From: an uncultured Candidatus Planktophila sp.
GTDB taxonomy: Bacteria > Actinomycetota > Actinomycetes > Nanopelagicales > Nanopelagicaceae
Length of the DNA stretch: 36,871 nt
Assembly: GCA_964529875.1 (NCBI GenBank)
Contig: CAZGXO010000001.1
Location: forward strand, 1 to 36,871
Direction of reading: 5' to 3'
Numbering within the stretch: the stretch's first letter is position 1; the number at the start of each line of letters is the position of its first letter. The translations under genes were made by a program, and so were the position numbers. The notes under the pieces were generated by a model. That model was not told the DNA's origin. It searched no databases and saw only the letters and a list, made by a program, of their open reading frames with translations. Below are positions 28,545 to 36,871 of the stretch, in pieces.

Positions 28545-28936
28545 GACCAACTGTTCTCTTTGTATGTGTACACAATGCCGGTCGCTCACAAATGGCAGCT
28601 GGGTTTATGAAAGAGCTCAGCCGCGGCAAAGTAGAAGTCCTCTCTGCTGGTTCTGCACCCAAAGATGCAATTAACCCAGTTGCAATTGCAGCGATGGCAG
28701 AAGTAGGTATTGATATTTCTCAGAACACTCCGAAGGTACTTTCGCCAGAGGCGGTGCAACAATCTGATGCAGTCATCACGATGGGATGTGGCGATGCCTG
28801 TCCGTTCTACCCTGGAAAACGTTATGAAGATTGGGTGCTCGATGATCCTGCTGGCCAAGGGATTGATGCGGTGCGAGTGATTCGTGATGAAATTAAAGTA
28901 CGAGTAGAGAAGTTATTGGCTGAGTTATTGCCTTAA
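28541..28936 (+). CDS. arsC: Arsenate reductase, LMW-PTP fold
   Basis: LFVCVHNAGRSQMA, TMGCGDACP, DWVLDDPAG. Confidence 0.93.
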   Translation: MRPTVLFVCVHNAGRSQMAAGFMKELSRGKVEVLSAGSAPKDAINPVAIAAMAEVGIDISQNTPKVLSPEAVQQSDAVITMGCGDACPFYPGKRYEDWVLDDPAGQGIDAVRVIRDEIKVRVEKLLAELLP

Positions 28937-29421
28937 TCTCCGACTCGAGCGGGTGTTGCATCTGCCGCCTTTACTAATTCAGAAAAACTGGTGGGGAATA
29001 CTGCATGGGGATGTCCGGCAGCGGCCCACACAATTTCATAATCATTGAGCGCTTCATCAATCAAAGTGATTTCGGGTTCTGAAATCCAACCAATAGGAGA
29101 GACGCCACCAACTGAGTAACCCGATACCTCTTTCACATAATTGGCATCAGCTCTGGCAAGTTCATTGACTCCAAGATTGCGCGCTACCAGGTCTGTATCT
29201 ACTCGATGGCGTCCGCTCGTAATAATCAGCAGAGGATTGCCAGTTGGAAGCCTAAAGATGAGCGATGATGCAATCTGGCCTACTTCAATACCAAGACCTT
29301 GTGCTGCATCAACTGCGGTCCGCGCAGTGTCGGCAAGAATCTTGATCTGACCTTGCATATTTAAATTCTTTGCTGCTTCTTGAAAACGACGGACTGCAGC
29401 CTTTTCGAGAATTCCATCCAC
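28933..29421 (-). CDS. YbaK/EbsC family aminoacyl-tRNA deacylase-like protein
   Basis: ARTAVDAA, GQIASSLIF, SGYSVGGVSP, WAAAGHP. Confidence 0.88.
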   Translation of the reverse strand: MDGILEKAAVRRFQEAAKNLNMQGQIKILADTARTAVDAAQGLGIEVGQIASSLIFRLPTGNPLLIITSGRHRVDTDLVARNLGVNELARADANYVKEVSGYSVGGVSPIGWISEPEITLIDEALNDYEIVWAAAGHPHAVFPTSFSELVKAADATPARVGD

Positions 29422-29450
29422 GCGAGAACTTTATGAGATAGCGTCGCGCC

Positions 29451-30653
29451 GTGTCACATTTGCGAACTCCATACAGTTATGGAATTCGGGCACGAAATTC
29501 GCTCTGGGCAACATTCTTTCTCATGGGTGTGGTTTCCATGGGTTGGGTACCGCGCATTCCAGAGATTAAAGAGGCGATAGGTCTTACTAATACCCAACTT
29601 GGCTTGGTATTTATCGGCAGTACCTCAGGCGCTGTACTTGGTGCACAACTTGCGGGCAGATTAATTCATACCTTTGCCACTCAACGAGTAATTTCCTTTG
29701 CAGTCTTGGTGATGCCACTTGGTTTAGTGGGAATGGGGTTGGCGCAAAATTTCGTCGAACTCTTTATTGCGCTCTTTATTATGGGTTTTGGCTATGCCAA
29801 TCTTGATGTCACCTGCAATACGGTAGCCGTTGAAGTTGAGAAATTAGTCAATCGAAAATGGATGGTCTCATTCCACGGCTGCTGGAGCGTTGGAGCTTTT
29901 GCCACCACTGTATTAGGTGGATCTATTTCTCATGCCGTTGAACCACGTGAAAACTTGATAGGTGTGGGATTAGCGGCGCTTGTACTGTTCATTCCATTTT
30001 CGCGCTTTATGCTTCCCAAAGATTTAGATAATCACAAAGGTGATACTGAAAATACCGAAGCAAAAATCCCACTCTTCTCCAAAGCAACTACTCCATTGTG
30101 GTGGATGGGTTTTGGAATTCTTGGGGGAATGATTGCTGAAGGTTCAGCAAGTGATTGGGGAGCGCTCCTACTTAAAGACAGCATGGGTGTAGGAAAAGGT
30201 TTAAATGCTGCAGCCTTTGCATCGTTCTCACTGGCCATGATCGTCGCTCGATTTTCAGGAGATTGGGCGCTCGAAAAATTTGGGCCGGCGCAAACGGTAA
30301 AGATTGGCGGATATGGTGGCGCAATTATTTGGGGCAGCGCCATCGCGCTGGCGGTTCCGCTCTCAGATTCGCATCCACTGATTGCATTCATCGTTATCAA
30401 CATCGGATTTGCTGCAGCTGGTTTGGGAATTGGCCCCATGTTTCCAGCATTTATCTTGGCAGCAAGTCGCGTTCCAGGCGTTGCACCAGGAGTTGCCATT
30501 GCACGAGTAGGAGTTACCGGTATTGCTGGATATTTTATTGGCCCAACAATTACTGGATTTCTCGCTGATTTATTCTCATTACCTGTTGCCATGTTCTACC
30601 CAGTTGCACTCTTGGCGATGGCTGGTTACTTATCGCGTGTGATTAAGTTGTAA
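29451..30653 (+). CDS. MFS transporter
   Basis: 400 aa, about 12 TM; WVPRIP, SFHGCWSVG, EGSASDW motifs. Confidence 0.88.
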   Translation: MSHLRTPYSYGIRARNSLWATFFLMGVVSMGWVPRIPEIKEAIGLTNTQLGLVFIGSTSGAVLGAQLAGRLIHTFATQRVISFAVLVMPLGLVGMGLAQNFVELFIALFIMGFGYANLDVTCNTVAVEVEKLVNRKWMVSFHGCWSVGAFATTVLGGSISHAVEPRENLIGVGLAALVLFIPFSRFMLPKDLDNHKGDTENTEAKIPLFSKATTPLWWMGFGILGGMIAEGSASDWGALLLKDSMGVGKGLNAAAFASFSLAMIVARFSGDWALEKFGPAQTVKIGGYGGAIIWGSAIALAVPLSDSHPLIAFIVINIGFAAAGLGIGPMFPAFILAASRVPGVAPGVAIARVGVTGIAGYFIGPTITGFLADLFSLPVAMFYPVALLAMAGYLSRVIKL

Positions 30654-30656
30654 CTT

Positions 30657-31397
30657 TCAGATCCAGGTCTGTAAAACTGTAAAGATAGAGATCAAAAAAA
30701 GAAGGTAAGCAAAGGATTTCCTCAAGATCTGCGGATTAGCTCTACTTGAGTAATGTGAAGCGATCTGCGCAATCACAATAGATGCAATCGCCATCAGGAT
30801 TGGTATATGCCAGGAAACTGAACTCCAGAGCGCATGATGTCCAAGAAAAGAGATCAAAGAGTTAAGCGAAATAATTGCAAGTGAAGTTCCGGCAGCAATC
30901 GCTTGGGGAGTCCCAAAGAAAAGTACCAAGATAGGGATCGCTAAGAAGCCTCCACCGATGCCAAAGAGACCTGTCATAGAGCCGATGACAAGCGATGTCA
31001 GAATAAGAATCGAGACCGGCATGCGAGTGTGCGATTCGTATTTAGGATTTTTTAGCATAGATATACCTGCCCCTAAAAGAACACAGGCAAACCCAGTTGT
31101 AATAAATGAGTCAGAGAGTTGATCGACAACGAGAGCAAAGCCAATGTTGGTCACCATGCCAAGCCCAGAAATCACGAGAGCATCACGGTAGAGAATCTGT
31201 TTATTACGAGCTTTTGGAATGGCGCCAGAGAGCGCAGCCAGAAAAACAATGGCAAGTGCGGCTGTCGTTGCCTGTTTAGGTGCAAAGTCAAAGAGATACA
31301 TCAGGATTGGAACAGAGAGCATCGCTCCACCTGCGCCAACAAATCCAAGAACAGCGCCAATAAAAGCGCCAGCTAAGAGCGCGGCAAGGGATTCCAC
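30657..31397 (-). CDS. TauE/SafE (TSUP) family sulfite exporter
   Basis: Two G-x-GGG...P repeats (GAGGAMLSVP, GIGGGFLAIP), AAGTSL. Confidence 0.88.
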   Translation of the reverse strand: MESLAALLAGAFIGAVLGFVGAGGAMLSVPILMYLFDFAPKQATTAALAIVFLAALSGAIPKARNKQILYRDALVISGLGMVTNIGFALVVDQLSDSFITTGFACVLLGAGISMLKNPKYESHTRMPVSILILTSLVIGSMTGLFGIGGGFLAIPILVLFFGTPQAIAAGTSLAIISLNSLISFLGHHALWSSVSWHIPILMAIASIVIAQIASHYSSRANPQILRKSFAYLLFLISIFTVLQTWI

Positions 31398-31415
31398 AGA
31401 GCGATTGTGGCAGGG

Positions 31416-31451
31416 AAAGTAAAACGCCCCCCAGTTTCCTGGAGGGCGTTT
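31416..31451 (-). terminator. Intrinsic terminator of doxX
   Basis: Minus strand AAACGCCCUCCAG-GAAA-CUGGGGGGCGUUU followed by UACUUU; the G-U wobble and GAAA tetraloop work only on the minus strand. Confidence 0.85.
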
Positions 31452-31468
31452 GCTGAACTTTTACTTAA

Positions 31469-31888
31469 TTAGCCAAAGAAGCTAAAAGTTCCAACGCTTG
31501 GACCAAAATCTGTCAGCGTTCCACTTGCAACGAGTGCAAAGAGGATGAGAGATGCACCAGCAAGGGAGAGATCCTTATTAAATGCAATCTGTTCATTCAT
31601 CTTGGCAGTTGCATCAGTCTCTTTCCAGAAGTTATGGAAGATAAATGCGGCAAGGATCAAAGTGACTGCAAGGAAGAGCGCACCGAGGTCCACCCAGAAG
31701 CCGGCGATGATGTAGGCGCCGCCAAGGAGGAAGAGCAGTCCGGAAATCATGACGCCGAATTTGGCAGCAGGTAACTTCTTGTACTTTGCATATCCGGTCA
31801 TCGCTTCAAGCTTGGCAAAGTGTGCGATTCCTGAGGTGACAAAGAGCGCACCGAAGAGGATGCGGCCGATAATGAGTATTGCGTCCAA
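31469..31888 (-). CDS. DoxX family membrane protein
   Basis: GRILFGALFVTSGIAHF, FHNFW, FNKDLSLAG; AAGGAG RBS before TTG start. Confidence 0.88.
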   Translation of the reverse strand: MDAILIIGRILFGALFVTSGIAHFAKLEAMTGYAKYKKLPAAKFGVMISGLLFLLGGAYIIAGFWVDLGALFLAVTLILAAFIFHNFWKETDATAKMNEQIAFNKDLSLAGASLILFALVASGTLTDFGPSVGTFSFFG

Positions 31889-31934
31889 CTGTTTCTCCTT
31901 TAGTAGGTCTTGCGTACGAGCCTTACTGTAGCGA

Positions 31935-31958
31935 AGATAGTTGAAATTTCAACTATCT
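31935..31958. promoter_or_regulatory. Perfect 24-bp palindromic operator over the doxX promoter
   Basis: AGATAGTTGAAATTTCAACTATCT is its own reverse complement; covers TTGAAA (-35-like) 16 bp from TACAGT (-10, 31925-31930, minus). Confidence 0.8.
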
Positions 31959-31987
31959 AAGGCTCAAGACACGCTTGAGAGTTGCCC

Positions 31988-32010
31988 TTGTCAGTCCGCT
32001 GCCGTACTTT
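31988..32010 (+). promoter_or_regulatory. RecA-NDp/PafBC-type DNA-damage promoter
   Basis: TTGTCAGTC-N8-TACTTT matches the actinobacterial tTGTCRgtg-N8-TAnnnT motif. Confidence 0.75.
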
Positions 32011-32026
32011 TCGAACATCTGTTCGA
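32011..32026. promoter_or_regulatory. LexA (SOS) box
   Basis: TCGAAC-ATCT-GTTCGA, perfect actinobacterial consensus, upstream of dnaE2/dinB. Confidence 0.92.
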
Positions 32027-32075
32027 ATATAGATATCCACATGGCAGGTACAGGAGCAGGTAAAGGAGGGGATAT

Positions 32076-32354
32076 ATGTCAGCGGAAATCGCTAAGGCAG
32101 CAGATGTTTTAGCCGATGGTGGCCTCACTCCGATCGAGTTCACCTTTCGTGGCAGACGCTTTCGCATTCACACTGTGCTGTCGCGGTGGTGTGAAGCAGG
32201 CGGATGGTGGAATCGCATTAGCGATGGAAAGTTTCGCCCTGACGATCAAGCGCGAGCGCTCTGGAAAGTTGAGGCAGCTCCGATTGGTGCACTGACCACC
32301 TTCGAACTCGAACGCGATGAAGCAACCGGCCATTGGATTATTAGGGCTATTTAA
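32076..32354 (+). CDS. Small protein, DUF6504/ImuB-C-like
   Basis: Strong AAGGAGG RBS; PxxFxFRGRRFRI...RWCEAGGWW...WKVEA...W pattern; directly upstream of dnaE2. Confidence 0.75.
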   Translation: MSAEIAKAADVLADGGLTPIEFTFRGRRFRIHTVLSRWCEAGGWWNRISDGKFRPDDQARALWKVEAAPIGALTTFELERDEATGHWIIRAI

Positions 32355-32360
32355 CATCTC

Positions 32361-35300
32361 GTGAGTTTTATCCACCTGCGTACTGCTAGTTCCTATTCTT
32401 TTAAATACGGAACAACTCAGCCACATGATCTAGTAGCTCGTGCATCAGAGTATGAAATGCCAGCGCTTGCACTTACCGATCGCGATGGTTTAGCGGGAGC
32501 AATTCGATTTACCAAAGCATGCGTTGGCTATGGAATCGCACCCATTATTGGCATCAATCTCGCAATTGTTTTAGAGGGCAGTTCTTACAGCGATATATCT
32601 ACGCGCGTTACAGTATTAGCACACAGTAATTCTGGTTGGCGCTCGCTAGTTCGCTTATTAACAGGGTTGCAGATGAACAGTGCAGATCGCACCCCAGTGC
32701 TGACCCTTGAGCTTCTTGAAAAATTCAGTAACTACACCACTAATCTGCACTTACTTCATGGCCCCGAATCACCAGTATCTCAGGCGCTTGCAGTACATCG
32801 CTTTGATGAAGCGCTCGCTACTTTTAATCAGACTCGCGATTTCTTTGCAGATCACGCTATGGAATGTGTTTCGCATTTAGTGCCTGGTAGCGGGCCACGC
32901 TCTACCGCTCATGCTGCACGCTCTCTTATCTTTGCGCGCGATAACGATATTGATGCCATCATCACCAACGCTGTGCGCATGCGTGATCGCACCGATGGAC
33001 CAGTTGCTGATGTACTTGATTGTGCGCGCCAGCTAGTGCCACTTCATCCTCGCCACATCGAGCGACGTAATGCAGAGGGATATTTAAAAAGTAGCGATGA
33101 AATGGTTACTCTCGCTGCAGAAATTGCGCGCGCAGCAGGGGAGCGCACACCCCGCGCACTTCTTGCCACCACCAGACAATGGGCAGAACGGGCAGTCTTA
33201 TCGCCACATCGCGATATTGGTTTAGATGGAATCCATCTACCCGAACCTCACATTGTTGGCGCAGATTCACAAGCAGCGATGCGTACTTTGCTGCGCACTC
33301 GCTCTGAAGCAGGAATCAACTGGCGTTACAACGACAGCGCCACTATTAAAAAAGCGCGAGCGCGTTTAGATGATGAACTCGCGATTGTGGCAACGCTTGG
33401 CTACGAATCTTATTTTTTAACAGTTGCTGATATCACCGATATGGCGCGCGCTGCTGATATTCGAGTCGCAGCTCGGGGGAGCGGAGCTGGATCACTGATC
33501 TGCCACCTCCTTGGAATATCTGGAGTAGATCCCATGCAGCACGGTTTATTAATGGAGCGTTTCTGTTCGCCTCTTCGCCGGGCGCTGCCTGATATTGATA
33601 TTGATGTTGAATCTGCGCGCCGCTTAGAAATTTATGAGATGGTCTTTAAGCGTTATGGTGCACCAGATTGGAGCAAGCCTGGTTTGATTTCACGCTGCGC
33701 TACTGTCGCTATGGTCGACACATATCGCGCCCGCCATGCAATTCGTGAAGCAGGAGCAGCACTTGGCATGCCAGCGATGGAGATTGATTTACTTGCCAAA
33801 TCAATGCCGCATATTCGAGCAAAAAATATTGAGGCAGCACTGGCATCACTTCCTGAGTTAAAGAATCTCAATACTTCGGCGCCTCTTACTCGTGCCACGA
33901 TTGCACTTGCTGGACAACTTGATGGCTTGCCACGCCACTTATCTATGCATCCTTGCGCCATGGTTTTATCAGATGCCAGCTTTCTTGATCGCGCACCAGT
34001 GCAGTTCAACGCAGGTGGATTTCCCATGGTTGAGTTTGATAAAGATGATGTCGAAGATATCGGGTTACTCAAACTCGATATCTTGGGTGTGCGCATGCAA
34101 TCCACCATTGCTCATGCTGTTCATGAAATTTCCCGCACCGAAAAGAGCGAGATTGATATCGATGCGATACCACTTGATGATGCTGATACATATGCCTTGA
34201 TTCAATCAACTCGTACGCTCGGAATCTTTCAAGTAGAAAGTCCCGGCCAACGCGAACTTGTAGGCAAACTCGAACCGCGCACCTTTAACGACCTTATTAT
34301 TGATATCTCGCTCTTTCGCCCAGGTCCCGTAAAGAGCGACATGATTCGCCCTTTTCTCAATGCGCGCCACGGCTGGAATCCGGCACAGATTATTCATCCT
34401 GATTTACTTCCGATCTTGGCTGAGACCGAAGGCGTTGTTGTCTTTCACGAACAAGTAATCTCCATTATCGCCACGATGACCGGTATCTCACTTGCAGCAG
34501 CTGATGAGAAACGCAGAGCGCTCGGTGATAAAGCAGGACAACAAGAAGTCTGCGATTGGTTCTTTCCTGCTGCTACAGAACGTGGATATGAGTTACAGGT
34601 CATTACTGAAATATGGGATGTCTTGCGCGCCTTTGCCTCTTTTGGTTTCTGTAAAGCGCATGCTGCCGCCTTTGCACTTCCTACCTATCAATCTGCATGG
34701 CTTAAAACGCATTACCCAGCAGCCTTTATGGCGGGTGTGCTTACTCATGATCCAGGTATGTATCCCAAACGCCTCATGCTTGATGAAGCGCGGCAGATGG
34801 GGGTCGGTATTGCGCCTCTTGATATCAATAAATCATCAGCAGAGTACCGAGTCGAACGTACTCTCGATGGCGATGCGGTGCGCATTGCGCTCTCGTGCGT
34901 TGCAGGTATTTCTGAGAAAGAGATTGCATCCATCGTGACAGGACAGCCCTATCTAGATCTTGCTGATTTTTACCGTCGCTCTGGCGCATCAATACCAGTC
35001 ATTGAGAATTTAATTATGACCGGTGCTTTTGCCTCTATCCATAACAACCAGCGCGATTTACTGCTCCACTTTGCAGATCTACAAAAATCTCCCGTCGCAC
35101 ATCTACCAGGTTCGCAAATGACCTTTGGTTTTGCTCCACCCACTTTAGAAAGTAGTGGTTTACAACCACTTAGCGCAGCAGAGAAAGTAGCGAGCGAAGT
35201 CACGCGTTTAGGTATGGATGTGACTCAACATATGCTCACTTTTTATGCGCCATTTCTTAATGCCATCGGCGCTGTTAAATCATCAGACTTACTCGCGCTT

Positions 35301-35603
35301 CGTTCTCATTCATCAGTACTTGTGGCTGGTGTAAAAGTGGCGCTACAAACCCCGCCAGTTCGCTCAGGAAGGCGAGTCATCTTCCTTACACTTGATGATG
35401 GTTACGGCTGTAGTGATTCCACCTTCTTCCCAGATGCACAAATCGACCATGCATCAACGCTCTATGCCACATCCTTATTGTTGGTACGCGGTGAAACTCG
35501 TCGTACCGGCAAACGTGGCATATCAATTCGTGCAACTGCTGTATGGGACTTACGAGTTGCCTATGAAAAATGGCGCAAGCAAAGCGATAGTGTGGCGATA
35601 TGA
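32361..35603 (+). CDS. dnaE2: Error-prone DNA polymerase III alpha (DnaE2 type)
   Basis: PHP domain (HLRTASSYS, ALTDRDG), ARGSGAGS, PDIDIDVES, KLDILG, FGFCKAHA, OB fold; SOS box upstream. Confidence 0.9.
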   Translation: MSFIHLRTASSYSFKYGTTQPHDLVARASEYEMPALALTDRDGLAGAIRFTKACVGYGIAPIIGINLAIVLEGSSYSDISTRVTVLAHSNSGWRSLVRLLTGLQMNSADRTPVLTLELLEKFSNYTTNLHLLHGPESPVSQALAVHRFDEALATFNQTRDFFADHAMECVSHLVPGSGPRSTAHAARSLIFARDNDIDAIITNAVRMRDRTDGPVADVLDCARQLVPLHPRHIERRNAEGYLKSSDEMVTLAAEIARAAGERTPRALLATTRQWAERAVLSPHRDIGLDGIHLPEPHIVGADSQAAMRTLLRTRSEAGINWRYNDSATIKKARARLDDELAIVATLGYESYFLTVADITDMARAADIRVAARGSGAGSLICHLLGISGVDPMQHGLLMERFCSPLRRALPDIDIDVESARRLEIYEMVFKRYGAPDWSKPGLISRCATVAMVDTYRARHAIREAGAALGMPAMEIDLLAKSMPHIRAKNIEAALASLPELKNLNTSAPLTRATIALAGQLDGLPRHLSMHPCAMVLSDASFLDRAPVQFNAGGFPMVEFDKDDVEDIGLLKLDILGVRMQSTIAHAVHEISRTEKSEIDIDAIPLDDADTYALIQSTRTLGIFQVESPGQRELVGKLEPRTFNDLIIDISLFRPGPVKSDMIRPFLNARHGWNPAQIIHPDLLPILAETEGVVVFHEQVISIIATMTGISLAAADEKRRALGDKAGQQEVCDWFFPAATERGYELQVITEIWDVLRAFASFGFCKAHAAAFALPTYQSAWLKTHYPAAFMAGVLTHDPGMYPKRLMLDEARQMGVGIAPLDINKSSAEYRVERTLDGDAVRIALSCVAGISEKEIASIVTGQPYLDLADFYRRSGASIPVIENLIMTGAFASIHNNQRDLLLHFADLQKSPVAHLPGSQMTFGFAPPTLESSGLQPLSAAEKVASEVTRLGMDVTQHMLTFYAPFLNAIGAVKSSDLLALRSHSSVLVAGVKVALQTPPVRSGRRVIFLTLDDGYGCSDSTFFPDAQIDHASTLYATSLLLVRGETRRTGKRGISIRATAVWDLRVAYEKWRKQSDSVAI

Positions 35604-36796
35604 CGGTGATTTTGCATGTGGATATGGATGCCTTTTATGCATCCGTTGCCGAGTTAGATCACCCTGAATATAAAGGTAAACCACTTGTCGTTGGCGCTGG
35701 TACGCGCGGAGTAGTTCTCTCTGCCAATTACGCAGCACGTAAATTCGGAATTCGTGCCGCCATGCCTGTAGGTCGAGCGAAGCGGATGGCGCCACAAGCA
35801 ATCTTTATTGCACCCGAACATCATCGATACTCTGAAATATCTCAGCGAATTATGGAAATTTTCCATACATACACACCGCTTGTCGAACCCATTTCACTCG
35901 ATGAAGCTTTTCTTGATGTCACCGGATCACAAAAATTATTTGGTGAAGGGCGTGAAATCGCCACAAAAATTCGTGCCCAAGTAGAGCAAGAAGAAGGAAT
36001 TACCTGCTCGGTTGGAATCGCGCAATCTAAATTTATTGCCAAGTTAGCATCCCAACATTGCAAACCGAATGGCATGTTAGAGATAAAGAGCGATCGCATC
36101 TTGGAATTTCTCCATCCGCTTCCGGTTCGAGCAATCTGGGGCGTTGGGCCAAAGACGGCTGAATCTCTCGAACGTTTGGGGCTCCATACAGTCTCAGATA
36201 TCGCTCATACTCCACGTGCGACGTTGATTCGCGCCTTAGGAGATGCAACAGGAGCATCTCTCTATGAACTTTCGTGGGGGCGCGATTATCGCGATGTTAT
36301 TCCCGATGAACCGGAGAAAAGTATTGGCAATGAGGAAACCTTTGGTGAAGATTTAGATAATCCCGAAGAGTTACTCCGTGAATTTTTACGGATGACTGAG
36401 AAGGCCACTGCCCGCCTTCGCGAACGTTCACTCTTTGCAAAAACCATCAGCATTAAAATTAAATTTGCAGATTTCACATCCATCACGCGCTCTAAAACGC
36501 TACCGATTGGAATTGATAACACTCACGAAACCTATGAAGTTGTGAAGGCGTTGTATCGCGCACTCAATAATGAAGGCGCCCGTATTCGACTCGTGGGAGT
36601 TTCTCTATCGAATTTGCAGGAGGCAGCTCCGGAACAACTTCTTCTCGGAGCGCGCGAACGCGGTTGGCGCGATGCAGATAGCGCGATAGATCGGGCTAAG
36701 GCGCGCTTTGGTCGTTCCAGCGTTCGACCTGGACGGTTGATTCCTCCCGATTCAGCCAGTGATTTACCCAGTGATTCAACTGAGGATGAGGAGTAA
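35600..36796 (+). CDS. dinB: DNA polymerase IV (Y family)
   Basis: HVDMDAFYASV, SANYAARKFG, SLDEAFLD, KFIAKLAS, CKPNG; ATGA overlap with dnaE2. Confidence 0.95.
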   Translation: MTVILHVDMDAFYASVAELDHPEYKGKPLVVGAGTRGVVLSANYAARKFGIRAAMPVGRAKRMAPQAIFIAPEHHRYSEISQRIMEIFHTYTPLVEPISLDEAFLDVTGSQKLFGEGREIATKIRAQVEQEEGITCSVGIAQSKFIAKLASQHCKPNGMLEIKSDRILEFLHPLPVRAIWGVGPKTAESLERLGLHTVSDIAHTPRATLIRALGDATGASLYELSWGRDYRDVIPDEPEKSIGNEETFGEDLDNPEELLREFLRMTEKATARLRERSLFAKTISIKIKFADFTSITRSKTLPIGIDNTHETYEVVKALYRALNNEGARIRLVGVSLSNLQEAAPEQLLLGARERGWRDADSAIDRAKARFGRSSVRPGRLIPPDSASDLPSDSTEDEE

Positions 36797-36862
36797 CCCG
36801 CCGACTCACTCGATAGATCCGATGAAGTGGCGTAACTCTGGGTTCTGTTCTATTGTGTGGAT

Positions 36863-36871
36863 ATGTCACTA
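36863..36871 (+). CDS. Probable start of the next gene (partial, MSL...), leaderless
   Basis: TATTGT (36851-36856) lies 6 nt before ATG; only three codons are visible, so the product cannot be assigned. Confidence 0.35.

Noticed and set aside
30032..30592. 186-aa antisense ORF inside the MFS gene, and similar shadow ORFs (11634-12161, 24507-24971, 26252-26713, 33653-34108, 8489-8977)
   Set aside because: All lie opposite or within well-supported genes, show no motifs, and are explained by codon-pattern shadows.
32041..32112. Possible 23-aa upstream ORF (MAGTGAGKGG...) and 12-bp imperfect repeat GCAGGTACAGGA/GCAGGTAAAGGA before the SOS cassette
   Set aside because: No RBS for ATG 32041, it is not at the predicted TSS, and the repeat is largely the purine-rich RBS region.
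1..36871. CRISPR arrays, IS elements, prophage, defence systems, tRNA/rRNA
   Set aside because: No spaced repeats, transposase/integrase/phage motifs or structural RNA signatures were seen; intergenic gaps are too short to hold them.

Overview
Gene-dense, moderately low-GC bacterial chromosome segment with tiny or negative intergenic distances. Gene content, synteny and promoter style point to a streamlined freshwater Actinobacterium (acI/Nanopelagicales-like; inference). In order it carries: the 3' end of rnhB, dprA, era, uppP, an EamA transporter, glgM(glgA)/glgC, an esterase, an FeS-type photolyase, xylB, pfk, class II DAHP synthase, ogt, ltaE, a second EamA transporter, nfo, a PASTA Ser/Thr kinase, a PnuC transporter plus kinase pair, crtE-crtI-crtB, metF, a CDP-alcohol phosphotransferase, a crtA-cruF-cruG-crtD carotenoid-modification cluster, aquaporin-arsC, ybaK, MFS, tauE, doxX, and a DNA-damage-inducible small ORF-dnaE2-dinB cassette. 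The most notable observation is a TPP-riboswitch-like RNA (18707-18794, minus strand). It keeps the pyrimidine-sensing arm but appears to have lost the pyrophosphate-binding internal loop, and it sits over the RBS of a PnuC transporter coupled to an uncharacterised P-loop kinase, a candidate new vitamin-B1 salvage/sensing module. Also notable: an imuA/imuB-less mutagenesis cassette under apparent dual PafBC/LexA control, a perfect 24-bp operator palindrome at doxX, pervasive leaderless promoters, and two bidirectional promoters whose -10 hexamers share a central TA. No mobile elements, CRISPR arrays, rRNA or tRNA were recognised.
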